Below, in pieces: positions 1 through 8,317 of a DNA stretch of 64,000 bases (position 1 is its first letter; every line of letters begins with the position of its first letter). The stretch spans positions 14,289-78,288 of the forward strand of contig CAYUUT010000004.1 of the NCBI GenBank assembly GCA_964448095.1. Direction: 5' to 3'. This stretch comes from an uncultured Candidatus Saccharibacteria bacterium (GTDB taxonomy: Bacteria; Patescibacteriota; Saccharimonadia; Saccharimonadales; UBA10212). The position numbers and the translations under genes are program-made. The notes under the pieces were generated by a model that saw only the letters and a list, made by a program, of their open reading frames with translations, had not been told where the DNA came from and did no database searches.

Positions 1-58
1 ACACCGGCCAGTTCGAAAATGACTCAACCAATCCCTGTCTGCTCATTCAATCTGCCGT

Positions 59-78
59 AGAGAGCGCTGGCGCTCTCT
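59..78. repeat. Perfect inverted repeat AGAGAGCGC-TG-GCGCTCTCT; possible terminator or operator upstream of the first CDS
   Basis: Read directly: 9-bp arms at 59-67 and 70-78 are exact reverse complements. It lies about 30 nt upstream of the GGAGGGG RBS of the 110..1405 CDS. No T-run follows. Confidence 0.4.
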
Positions 79-109
79 CCAACCCAAGTCTAGTAGCTTC
101 GGAGGGGCA

Positions 110-1405
110 ATGATCAAATCCCGCAGGTTTTTCAACCTTCTTCTAGTAGCATTGCTCACCTTTTTGGCTCTGCGCGCTAATGTCTTAGCGCAAGGTCTAA
201 GCCAGGATGACGTAAACAGCATTTATAACAACACTGTCTGGTACGACCCTTCCGGCGCAACAGATTGCTTTGGCGGTTCGTTAACGGGCGTAACTGCCGG
301 CGCTGGAGCGGCGGACGGCGCACAGTTTCCTAAGCTTGACCCCGCAGCTATGGCCAGTGCGATAAACGCCTGGGTCACCAAAGAGAATCCTCAAAGTACC
401 CTATCTGGCCTTGGTTCAACCATAGTTGCAGGCGCGAAGAATTCGAATGTAAGCCCGTTTTTAATCGTAGCCATAGCCGCAGAGGAGACCTCGGTAGCGG
501 ATCCTAATAGCTATAACGTAAAGTATGCCAACAATCCATTCAGCCGGGAAGCAGCGCCGGGCCAGCCTTTTTATCCCGGCGCAGGGGTTAATGCTGGTAC
601 CCATTGGTATAAATGGTCGAGCGTTAAAGCTAGCGTGGATTATACGGCTTCAGAAAATCAGAATGCCGAAGGTGGTGGTGATATAGCCGCTTATATCCGC
701 AACGTATACAGTGGCCAGCTGGATGCCGGTGACTTACTGGCTTTATTTGAAAAATACGCGCCTGTTGGCGACGGTAACGACCCCGGCGCCTATGCCGCAA
801 AGGTTACGACCTGGATTAACGATATGGTGACCCTGGCAAACGGGCAACCGGTTAATTCAGGGACTTTGCAAATTACTACGCCTGCTGCTTGTTCGGGCGG
901 TATCAGTTCGGGCAGTATAATCCAGACAGCCATTGGCCTGTCTTGGCCTAGTGGCGATCACGGACCTTTAGAATCTGATGCTACCCCTGCGTATCAGACT
1001 GCTTTATCACAGTATAATGGTTCAACAGACGATCCCAGTGACTGCGGCGGCTTTGTTGCCACGGTTATGCACGCCAGCGGAGCGGATACCAGTTACGTGG
1101 GCGTTTATGTGCCAAATCAATATAACTACGTCTCTGGTACTGCAGCCGCTAAGTATCAGGTTACCAAAGCTATAACCGACACCTCGCAGTTACAGCCCGG
1201 AGATATACTTATGTTTATAAACTCCGATAATCCGGCCGATAGCCACACTTTTATTTATGTTGGCCAGCAGGCTGGTTTTGACGGCGATGGAGCTGGGGCA
1301 TCTCTTGGAGGGCACGTCCCCCAAGCAGTTTCAGCTGCGGCCTCATTTGCATATAATGGCAGAGCGGCCAGCGGGGACTATATGGCCGTAAGGTTAATAC
1401 AGTGA
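110..1405 (+). CDS. Secreted cell-wall hydrolase-like protein; C-terminal NlpC/P60/CHAP-like Cys-His peptidase region, possible lysozyme-like central region
   Basis: N-terminal signal peptide (MIKSRRFFNLLLVALLTFLALRANVLAQG). C-terminal DCGGFVATVMH ... GDILMF ... SHTFIYVG ... GGH resembles the papain-like NlpC/P60 Cys...His arrangement. LIVAIAAEETS resembles an SLT/lysozyme-like catalytic Glu region. Strong RBS GGAGGGG lies upstream. Confidence 0.55.
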   Translation: MIKSRRFFNLLLVALLTFLALRANVLAQGLSQDDVNSIYNNTVWYDPSGATDCFGGSLTGVTAGAGAADGAQFPKLDPAAMASAINAWVTKENPQSTLSGLGSTIVAGAKNSNVSPFLIVAIAAEETSVADPNSYNVKYANNPFSREAAPGQPFYPGAGVNAGTHWYKWSSVKASVDYTASENQNAEGGGDIAAYIRNVYSGQLDAGDLLALFEKYAPVGDGNDPGAYAAKVTTWINDMVTLANGQPVNSGTLQITTPAACSGGISSGSIIQTAIGLSWPSGDHGPLESDATPAYQTALSQYNGSTDDPSDCGGFVATVMHASGADTSYVGVYVPNQYNYVSGTAAAKYQVTKAITDTSQLQPGDILMFINSDNPADSHTFIYVGQQAGFDGDGAGASLGGHVPQAVSAAASFAYNGRAASGDYMAVRLIQ

Positions 1406-2019
1406 TACGACAAGTTAAGTTATTGCTTATATTTCTGGTTTTGATTATTTGCGTAGCGGGCATCTCAGCCCTTCTATTTTTAGACAATAGCAACACCTCA
1501 GGGAATGCCAAACTTGACATTCTTGTCGCTCCATCGGGCTCGCAGCTGAAACTCGACGGCAAGAATATAAAGTCTGGCATTAGATCAGTTGCTGCTGGAG
1601 AACACACTGTCAGTGTGTCTAAGGGCGGCTTCGCTGGCCAGGAAGAAAAAATTGAAGCAATTAAGGATCAGTCCGTGTTTGTGGGGATAATACTTAAGTC
1701 TAACTCTCCACAGACTGCCAATTGGTATAAGTCAAACGACATCAACCTTGTGCAGTCCATCAATAATCAGCTATATGATCAAAGCTCTAAGAAGGTTGTC
1801 AAAAGTAATCCGCTCGCGACCAAGTTGCCCTACATTGGCCCCGGGTTAAACTACCGAATTGACTACGGTGCCTCTACAAGTGGCTCAAAAACCAACCAAG
1901 TTGGCATATACATACGCTACCGAACCGATCAGGATAAACAGGCCGCTTTGGATTGGATCAAAAGCCAGGGCGTTGACCCTAGCTCCCTGGATATCGTCTA
2001 TTTACAAGGCAATTTTTAG
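1402..2019 (+). CDS. Membrane-anchored protein with PEGA-like beta-sandwich domain, function unknown
   Basis: N-terminal TM helix (LLLIFLVLIICVAGISALLF). GEHTVSVSKGGFAGQEEKIEA resembles a PEGA motif. GTG start overlaps the upstream stop (GTGA). Confidence 0.5.
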   Translation: MIRQVKLLLIFLVLIICVAGISALLFLDNSNTSGNAKLDILVAPSGSQLKLDGKNIKSGIRSVAAGEHTVSVSKGGFAGQEEKIEAIKDQSVFVGIILKSNSPQTANWYKSNDINLVQSINNQLYDQSSKKVVKSNPLATKLPYIGPGLNYRIDYGASTSGSKTNQVGIYIRYRTDQDKQAALDWIKSQGVDPSSLDIVYLQGNF

Positions 2020-2020
2020 T

Positions 2021-3079
2021 CTAGCTAAGAGGAATGAGGGTGTGGTGCCCCGAAAAATACTGAAGAGCCGTATCGGCATCCGTGGTTGTTATGATTGTCT
2101 GTTGGTTTTGCAGGTGATCAACCAGCGCATGACGACGGTGACCATCTAATTCCGAGAATACGTCGTCCAGCAGCAAAATTGGCTTCTGACCGCGGGCTCT
2201 CTCGATTAATCCCAGCTCAAAAATTTTAAGCGCCAACATCAGACTGCGAGTTTCGCCGCGTGAAGCGGCTTGGTTGACCAACCTTTTATTAATATAAAAA
2301 CTGATGTCCTCGCGGTGCGGGCCGTAAGCAGTAAAGCCGCGCTCAAAATCTAGCGCAGAACTGCTTTCCAGCTTTGACAGCAGTTTAGTGGAGTAATTAT
2401 CGGCAGGGAAGTGGCTGCTATAGTCCAGGCGGACACTGGTCCGAGCCTTGGCTATTTGGTTGTAGGTCCGGCTAAGTTGTTTATTGGTTTGGTCTATCAG
2501 TTCTTGCCGAGCCTGGACAATCTTGCCGCCCAGTTCGCTGAGGCGCAAATTCCAGGCAAAAAGCTGGCTCATCGCCCTGGCGGGGTCGTGCTTTAGCAAG
2601 GCATTGCGCTGAGCCAGAGCCCGTCGATACTGACTAGCTAAGCTTTTGAACTCTGGGCGGCTCCGCCCTAGCAGATCGTCGATATATTCGCGGCGTTGTT
2701 CTGGTCCCCGAGTAATTAACTGTAGGTGATTCGGCTCAAAAAAGACCAGCGGGATCGATCGCCCTAGGCTCAGGCGCTTAAATTTTTTGGCTTCAATCAT
2801 GAAGCTTTTATCGGTCGTTTCTTCCTGCTGCTGTTCAATTTTTACTGTCCGGTTTTGGTTACCAAAAAATCCATCAAGCCGAGCCCATGGTTGGCCAAAG
2901 CGTATTAGCTCCTGGTCTTTGGCTCTAAAAGAGCCGCCCCTAGCTAGTACCAATACGGCCTCCAGCAAGTTGGTTTTACCGCTGGCGTTTGGCCCGACAA
3001 CAATATTGACGCCCGGCTCGAATTCAAAAGACTCATCTTTATAAGAGCGGAAGTTTTGCAGACGTATATTATCTATCAC
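2021..3079 (-). CDS. recF: DNA replication and repair protein RecF
   Basis: N-terminus MIDNIRLQNFRSYKD...VVGPNASGKTNLLEAV (Walker A) and C-terminal LLLDDVFSELD (Walker B/signature) are typical RecF. Synteny with dnaA-dnaN. GTG start. Confidence 0.93.
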   Translation of the reverse strand: MIDNIRLQNFRSYKDESFEFEPGVNIVVGPNASGKTNLLEAVLVLARGGSFRAKDQELIRFGQPWARLDGFFGNQNRTVKIEQQQEETTDKSFMIEAKKFKRLSLGRSIPLVFFEPNHLQLITRGPEQRREYIDDLLGRSRPEFKSLASQYRRALAQRNALLKHDPARAMSQLFAWNLRLSELGGKIVQARQELIDQTNKQLSRTYNQIAKARTSVRLDYSSHFPADNYSTKLLSKLESSSALDFERGFTAYGPHREDISFYINKRLVNQAASRGETRSLMLALKIFELGLIERARGQKPILLLDDVFSELDGHRRHALVDHLQNQQTIITTTDADTALQYFSGHHTLIPLS

Positions 3080-3144
3080 ACTAGTAGGTTATAGGAAGAA
3101 TATCCAGCCTCAAAGCATTTTTGACTAATTGAAAATACTAGTGC

Positions 3145-3173
3145 TTGCATTTTTACAAGTTTTATAGTATTAT
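3145..3173 (+). promoter_or_regulatory. Candidate sigma70-type promoter (TTGCAT-17 nt-TATTAT) reading into the high-GC gene
   Basis: -35 TTGCAT at 3145-3150, 17-nt spacer, -10 TATTAT at 3168-3173. It sits in a 23% GC stretch (14/60 hand count of line 3121-3180) that abuts the GC-rich segment. Confidence 0.4.
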
Positions 3174-3242
3174 ATAGTCATCCATTGGTGCCTCCTCGGG
3201 GGTCACCCCTGGAAGTACCCCCTTCGATACAGGCGGTGAATC

Positions 3243-3728
3243 GTGAAGAATTCGACCATCTCTGCCCTGGTCGCCCTAGTAGCTGCCGCGTGTGTCCTCG
3301 CGACCACCGGCGGCGTCGCTCAGGCGGCACCCAAGGCCACCCCGTGGCCTTGGCAGATCCAGGCAACCTTCGCTGCACCACCGGCCGTCACGGCCGGAAA
3401 GACCGTGCCCTTCAAGGTCACGGCGACCAACACCGGGAAGGTGTCGGTCGACATCGACATCCTCATCCCCATCGGGGTCACAGTCACCAACGCCAACGCG
3501 TTGGGGATAAAGCCAGACCCCCAGGGCGCTTCGGTGGTGTCCTTCCGCTCTGTCCGTCCGCGCAAGAGCGTCAGCATCACGCTGAAGATCATCATCCCGG
3601 CCGACGCCACAGCGAACCCCGTCTGGTGCTACGACAGCGGGATTCGCTACGGCTACCTCACTGGTGCCTTCGGCGGCTGGAAGGTCGCTTCCATCGACGG
3701 CAACGTCTGCCCAGCAGTGCTGCGGTAG
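3243..3728 (+). CDS. Secreted DUF11/CARDB-like beta-sandwich protein encoded on a high-GC foreign segment
   Basis: GTG start. Signal peptide MKNSTISALVALVAAACVLATTGGVAQA|AP. GKTVPFKVTATNTGKVSVDIDILIPIGVTVTNANA resembles the DUF11 'conserved repeat domain' pattern. Third codon positions are almost all G/C in this frame. A GC-rich terminator follows. Hand-counted GC is 45/60 (3301-3360) and 38/60 (3481-3540), against about 30/60 in neighbouring dnaN. Confidence 0.7.
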   Translation: MKNSTISALVALVAAACVLATTGGVAQAAPKATPWPWQIQATFAAPPAVTAGKTVPFKVTATNTGKVSVDIDILIPIGVTVTNANALGIKPDPQGASVVSFRSVRPRKSVSITLKIIIPADATANPVWCYDSGIRYGYLTGAFGGWKVASIDGNVCPAVLR

Positions 3729-3754
3729 ACGAGAGAGGAAGGAGGTACGAACAC

Positions 3755-3793
3755 GGGCCCGACGACAGCGTCGTCGGGCCCGCTCTCTTTTTA
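3755..3793 (+). terminator. Rho-independent terminator (12-bp GC stem plus T-run)
   Basis: GGGCCCGACGAC (3755-3766), loop AGC, GTCGTCGGGCCC (3770-3781), followed by CTCTCTTTTTAT. It lies 27 nt after the stop of 3243..3728. Confidence 0.8.
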
Positions 3794-3801
3794 TCTTAGA
3801 A

Positions 3802-4893
3802 TTAGCTGCGCAACGGCATAACCAGGTGCAGGTATTCCGGCTCGCTGGCGCTACGGATAATGCACGGCTCCAGCTTGCCGTTAAAACAAAATTCTACTTC
3901 TTCCGAGCTGAAAGCCCCCAAGGCATCTATAAGATAGCGTGAATTAAGGGTGACCTCCCCGCCGCCGGCAACAACTGCAGGGGCAGTTGCGGTATTTTCG
4001 CCCAGCTGCGAAGCCACGGCATTAATGCTGACCTGCTTGGCGGCTTTATCCACTTTAACGGTGATGCTGCCGGCGCTCTCCCGGGCAAACAGACTGGAAA
4101 CCTTAGTGATGTTTATGAAGTCAGCGCGCTTTAGGCTGGCGGTAGTAGTGAACTTGGTGGGGATTAATTTGCGGTAATCCGGGTAGTTGCCTTCGATCAG
4201 CCGGGCTACTAGCGTCACATCACCAGCCTGGAAGAGCACTTGCTGGTCATCATGTGTGACCAGCACTTCTTTGTCAGTATCGTTAATTATCCGCAGCAAG
4301 TCATTAGCGGCGCTGGCCGGCAACAAAAAGTTAACTGGTGATTTACTTTTACCCAGCTTATACTCCGCCAGGCGGTAGCTATCCGTGGCCGCGGCAATAA
4401 CCTGGCTGCCATTGCTATGGAAATACACTCCAGTTAAAACTGGCCGCGAGTCGTCGTTGCTGGCAGAGAACACCACTTCGGATAGTGCTTTTTTAAAGTC
4501 CGCTGCCGCCAGTCTCCAGGTTGTGCCGCCGGTAATAGCCGGCATCACCGGGAATTCCTCGGCGCTCATACCGTTGATGGTTGACTGGTATTGGTCGGTG
4601 GTGATATTGAGTTTATTGTCGTTCAGCTCTAGTTTTAAAACACTGTCAGGCAAGCTACCAACGAAGTCCTGCATCAGCCTGGCCGGCACGGTAATTGAGC
4701 CTTCTTGTTCTATCTTAGAGCCAACAAAATGAGTTATCGCTATATCTAGGTTGGTAGCGGCGATACTAAGGCGATTATTGTCGGTTTTAAGCAGTACATT
4801 GGATAAAATTGGCAGGGTATTGCGGCTATTGGCGACTCTTGCAACTGTGCTTAAAGCTTTGGATAAGTTTTCCTGCGTAACTTGGAGTTTCAT
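3802..4893 (-). CDS. dnaN: DNA polymerase III subunit beta (sliding clamp)
   Basis: MKLQVTQENLSKALSTVARVANSRNTLPILSNVLL... is a typical DnaN N-terminus. About 363 aa, three-domain length, immediately downstream of dnaA. Confidence 0.95.
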   Translation of the reverse strand: MKLQVTQENLSKALSTVARVANSRNTLPILSNVLLKTDNNRLSIAATNLDIAITHFVGSKIEQEGSITVPARLMQDFVGSLPDSVLKLELNDNKLNITTDQYQSTINGMSAEEFPVMPAITGGTTWRLAAADFKKALSEVVFSASNDDSRPVLTGVYFHSNGSQVIAAATDSYRLAEYKLGKSKSPVNFLLPASAANDLLRIINDTDKEVLVTHDDQQVLFQAGDVTLVARLIEGNYPDYRKLIPTKFTTTASLKRADFINITKVSSLFARESAGSITVKVDKAAKQVSINAVASQLGENTATAPAVVAGGGEVTLNSRYLIDALGAFSSEEVEFCFNGKLEPCIIRSASEPEYLHLVMPLRS

Positions 4894-5156
4894 AAAATAA
4901 ATTCCTTTATGAATTAATTAGTTTATTAGTATTAATAGGGCCTGTGGTTAATGGGTATAAGATACTAGCCAACAACTTAAAAAGGGTCACTACAGGCTGT
5001 GGAGCCAAAACACTAAGCCGGTTAAAAGCTGTGGGGGAAATGCTTATAAAAAATACTTGACTTGTTAAGTATTTTTGGCCGGTTGCCATTTCCGAGTATA
5101 ACTTGCGGATTAACCCCAAACTATTCGCAACAAGGTCCACAGTTTCTGCACAAGTT
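4894..5156. other. dnaA-dnaN intergenic region with DnaA-box-like motifs and an AT-rich stretch (possible second oriC module / DUE)
   Basis: TGTGGTTAA at 4943-4951 (reverse complement TTAACCACA, 1 mismatch to TTATCCACA). TGTGGAG and TGTGGGGGAAA around 4999-5040. GGTCCACAG around 5135. Very AT-rich run 4894-4940 (ataaaataaattcctttatgaattaattagtttattagtattaat). Confidence 0.45.
5047..5076. repeat. Copy of the recurrent AT-rich palindrome (AAAAAAATACTTGAC-TT-GTTAAGTATTTTT)
   Basis: The core TACTTGACTTGTTAAGTA at 5054-5071 is the exact reverse complement of the copy at 12857-12874. Flanked by an A-run and a T-run. Confidence 0.8.
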
Positions 5157-6575
5157 TTAGGCATATATCCGCTCCCGTAGCTCAAGGACATTTTGTTTGA
5201 TAGGGCCGTCATAGTTAATCTCTCTCTCGATTTTGTCGACCGAGTGGATGGCGGTGGTGTGGTCTTTGCGGCCGAGTTCACGGGCAATTTTGGGGAAGCT
5301 CAAATGTAACTCCGAGCGCAGCATATACATCGCGACTTGGCGCGGGACAACAATATCTTTGTCGCGTTTGGGGCCGAGGATATCTTCCATAGAAATCTGG
5401 AAATGCTTGGCTGTGCGCTCAATGATCTGGTGGGCGTTGATGTGTTTGGGGCGGTTTTTGCTGCCTTCAAAGATGGCCGTCACAATCTGGATATCGGGTT
5501 GTACACCGCGCATTTCGCAGTAAGCCAGGACTTGGTTAAGGGCGCCTTCTAGCTCGCGGATATTGTTTTGCACGTGGCTGGCCAGAAACTCGACCACAGC
5601 AGGCGGCAGGTCAATTTCCTGAGAGCCGGCTTTCATTTGCAAAATTGCGCAACGAGTCTCGAAGTCGGGGGTTTGCATATCGATATTCATACCCATAGCA
5701 AAGCGGGAACGCAGCCGCTCTTCCAGGGTCGGGATGTCTTTGGGCGGCTTGTCGGAGCTCATAATAACCTGTTTATTGGCCTGGTGAAGGGCATTGAAAG
5801 TATGGAAGAACTCTTCCTGGACTCGTTCCTTGCCGGCCAAAAATTGCACGTCATCAACGATTAGTACATCGGCGCTGCGATAAAAACTGGCAAAATCCGA
5901 AGTATTTTTCTTAAAACGCAGAGCATCCACGAATTCCTGGACGAACTGTTCGGTTGAAGCGTAGATAATATTGGCCGACGGCTTAGAGGCCAGCACACTG
6001 TTACCCACAGCCTGTATTAGATGGGTTTTGCCAATTCCAACACCACCATAGATAAACAAAGGGTTATATTTTTTCCCGGGCTTGGCGGCAACGGCTTGGC
6101 AGGCGGCATAGGCTAGCTCGTTGCTGGACCCAACCACAAAATTATCAAAGGTATAGCGTTCATTAAGCCCTTGGCGGTAGGAGTGGGTGACATTAGCAAT
6201 GGTTTTTTTGGCCGGGCCGCCAATGGGCATTTGCCGTTCGGGGGCTTTTATGCCATTTGGCGCGCCCAGGACATCACTGTCGCTGGGGCGGAGCTGTGGT
6301 GAGACAGCGGTGTGGATCTTGTATTCAATTTGGTTGGGTTTGACGCCATTTTTGGCCAGAATTTCTAATAGTAGGTCGTTAAACTTCCGTTCCAGCTGGT
6401 TCTTAACAAAAATGTTGGGCACGCCAACTACAACGATGCCATCCTTATAACGAATTAGCTGGGTGTTTTTAAACCACGTGACATAATTACCGCGCGAAAC
6501 GCTCAGCTCAATTTCGCCCAAAACTGCTTGCCACAAAACCCCATCTTGCATATTTTTTGTCGTTGATCCCCGCAT
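5157..6575 (-). CDS. dnaA: Chromosomal replication initiator protein DnaA
   Basis: AAA+ motifs (LFIYGGVGIGKTHL, LIVDDVQFL) and the C-terminal DnaA-box-binding helix (RQVAMYMLRSELHLSFPKIARELGRKDHTTAIHSVDKI). The true start could be Met9 (6551). Confidence 0.95.
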   Translation of the reverse strand: MRGSTTKNMQDGVLWQAVLGEIELSVSRGNYVTWFKNTQLIRYKDGIVVVGVPNIFVKNQLERKFNDLLLEILAKNGVKPNQIEYKIHTAVSPQLRPSDSDVLGAPNGIKAPERQMPIGGPAKKTIANVTHSYRQGLNERYTFDNFVVGSSNELAYAACQAVAAKPGKKYNPLFIYGGVGIGKTHLIQAVGNSVLASKPSANIIYASTEQFVQEFVDALRFKKNTSDFASFYRSADVLIVDDVQFLAGKERVQEEFFHTFNALHQANKQVIMSSDKPPKDIPTLEERLRSRFAMGMNIDMQTPDFETRCAILQMKAGSQEIDLPPAVVEFLASHVQNNIRELEGALNQVLAYCEMRGVQPDIQIVTAIFEGSKNRPKHINAHQIIERTAKHFQISMEDILGPKRDKDIVVPRQVAMYMLRSELHLSFPKIARELGRKDHTTAIHSVDKIEREINYDGPIKQNVLELRERIYA

Positions 6576-6792
6576 TTAAGTTGTCTCAGTACCCTTACTA
6601 TAGAGAATGCCGAAGGGCTTTTCCACAGTTTCGACAAAAAACACTACAGTCCGGGGGCAAAAACGGCCGTAGAGAGAAAACTTGTACACAGCGACATTAC
6701 TAATCTGTTAATGTGTGGAAAAAAGTTGGCGATAAGTGGAAAACCTGCTAATATTTGTGGGTTAATATTGTGAATTTCACTCAAATTGAATT
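6576..6792. other. Candidate oriC: DnaA-box cluster between divergent dnaA and rpmH
   Basis: TTTTCCACA at 6619-6627. TTGTACACA at 6682-6690. TGTGGAAAA at 6714-6722 (reverse complement TTTTCCACA). AGTGGAAAA at 6735-6743. TGTGGGTTA at 6756-6764. Canonical position between dnaA and rpmH. Confidence 0.65.
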
Positions 6793-6930
6793 ATGCCTAA
6801 ACGAACTTACCAACCCAAAAAAGCTAAACGTGCCCGCCGGCACGGTTTTATAAAACGCATGAGCAGCCGGGCCGGGCAAAAGGTCCTAAAAAGCCGCCGC
6901 GACAAAGGCCGCACCAAGCTCTCAGCCTAG
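6793..6930 (+). CDS. rpmH: 50S ribosomal protein L34
   Basis: Not in the ORF track (45 aa). Hand translation gives [45 protein letters not shown], a canonical L34. Lies directly upstream of rnpA. Confidence 0.93.
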   Translation: MPKRTYQPKKAKRARRHGFIKRMSSRAGQKVLKSRRDKGRTKLSA

Positions 6931-6969
6931 GCGATAGCTTAATTCGGCCAATTCTCTTATCCTATTAAG

Positions 6970-7338
6970 GTGATTAGCAGCACTCATCGGTTCCATGGCC
7001 ATAAGGGCCTGCGCTATGTTTATCAGAACGGCCAGACTGTCCGTAATGCGGATTTCGCCATTAAATTCTTGCCCAACCCGCACCGCCGGGAGTACCGTCT
7101 GGCGGTTGTAGTTAGCCGGAAGGTGGAAAAGTCGGCCGTGGCCCGCAATCGGCTGCGCCGGCGCTTATACGAAGCCGTACGGGTGGTACAAGACGATATC
7201 AGCGAGCCTTACGACATGGTGCTGACGGTTTTTAGCAAAGAGCTATCGGCCGAACCGGCGGTCTCGCTGAATAATCAGGTTCATAAGCAGCTGCGAGCAG
7301 CCGGGATTTTAGCAAAGCAGCCAAGATCTAAGGGGTAA
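6970..7338 (+). CDS. rnpA: Ribonuclease P protein component
   Basis: Basic protein with an RNR-like motif (ARNRLRRRLYEAVR). rpmH-rnpA-yidC synteny. GTG start. Confidence 0.85.
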   Translation: MISSTHRFHGHKGLRYVYQNGQTVRNADFAIKFLPNPHRREYRLAVVVSRKVEKSAVARNRLRRRLYEAVRVVQDDISEPYDMVLTVFSKELSAEPAVSLNNQVHKQLRAAGILAKQPRSKG

Positions 7339-7384
7339 ATCCCGGTTCCCATGGTATAGTAAGTCCCAGAAAGATTGATTTTTG

Positions 7385-8317
7385 ATGTTTGCGAATATTT
7401 TTACGACTGTAATTATCCAACCAATTTTTAACCTATTGGTGCTGATTTACGCGCTGATCCCCGGCCATAATTTCGGTCTGGCTATTATTATCTTTACCGT
7501 CATTGTCCGGCTTGTGATGTGGCCGCTGGTCAAAAAACAAATCCGCCAAGCCAAAGCCATGCGCGAGCTGCAACCAGAGATCAAAAAAATCAAGCTTGCG
7601 GCCAAGGGTGACCGCCAGAAAGAATCGGCCATGACCATGGAGCTCTACCGTGAGCAAGGGGTTAACCCGATGGCCTCACTGGGCATTGTCATAGTGCAGC
7701 TGCCAATACTGCTGGGCCTATATATAAGTGTCCGCAAAATTGTCGCTAACCCGCACGAAATTATTACTTTCTCTTATCCTTTTGTACAAAACCTATCATG
7801 GGTTAAGCAGTTATCGGCCAATATTCATCTGTTTGACGACTCATTATTCGGAATTATAAACCTGGGGCGCAAGGCCCTGGGGCCAGATGGGCTGTATTTG
7901 CCGGCGATGCTACTGGTGGGTGCCAGCGCCATAGCGCAGTTTTTCCAGGCTCGCCAGTTAATGCCCCAGAGCAAAGACGCTCGTGGTCTACGCACCATTC
8001 TTAAGGATGCCAGCGGCGGTAAATCGGCTGATCAGGCTGAGGTCAACGCCGCGGTTGGCCGGGGAACTCAGTATTTAATTCCGGCATTTGTTTTTATATT
8101 CGGCATCGGCTTTCCCGCAGCCTTGCCGCTATACTGGCTGGTCAGCAGCCTGGCGGCTTATGGCCAGCAAGCTCGTATTCTGAACGAAGACGTCCAAGCG
8201 GCTGACGCCAGCGTCAAGGTCATCACCAGCAAAAGCGAAACCAAGGAGCCCAACAAACCAAAACCAGCTATCGGCCCTAAGCGCCCCAGCAAAAAAGCTA
8301 AACGGAGGCGAAGATGA
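7385..8317 (+). CDS. yidC: Membrane protein insertase YidC (short, monoderm-type)
   Basis: IIQPIFNLLVLIY...GLAIIIFTVIVRLVMWPLVKKQIRQAKAMRELQPEIKKIK is the conserved YidC/Oxa1 core. Basic C-terminal tail. ATG at 7385 is preferred over TTG at 7382. Confidence 0.9.
   Translation: MFANIFTTVIIQPIFNLLVLIYALIPGHNFGLAIIIFTVIVRLVMWPLVKKQIRQAKAMRELQPEIKKIKLAAKGDRQKESAMTMELYREQGVNPMASLGIVIVQLPILLGLYISVRKIVANPHEIITFSYPFVQNLSWVKQLSANIHLFDDSLFGIINLGRKALGPDGLYLPAMLLVGASAIAQFFQARQLMPQSKDARGLRTILKDASGGKSADQAEVNAAVGRGTQYLIPAFVFIFGIGFPAALPLYWLVSSLAAYGQQARILNEDVQAADASVKVITSKSETKEPNKPKPAIGPKRPSKKAKRRRR

Noticed and set aside
3178-3799. Multiple overlapping ORFs in the high-GC segment (3185..3799 +, 3292..3510 +, 3664..3942 +, 3178..3381 -, 3320..3610 -)
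   Set aside because: High-GC DNA yields long spurious ORFs in all frames. These translate to Arg/Pro/Gly-rich low-complexity strings (e.g. RRRRSGGTQGHP). Only 3243..3728 has a signal peptide, a globular composition, G/C-dominated third positions and a terminator right after its stop.
4907-5287. 126-aa minus-strand ORF covering the dnaA-dnaN spacer and the dnaA 3' end
   Set aside because: It overlaps the dnaA coding sequence in another frame and covers the AT-rich, DnaA-box-bearing spacer. No RBS or domain signal.
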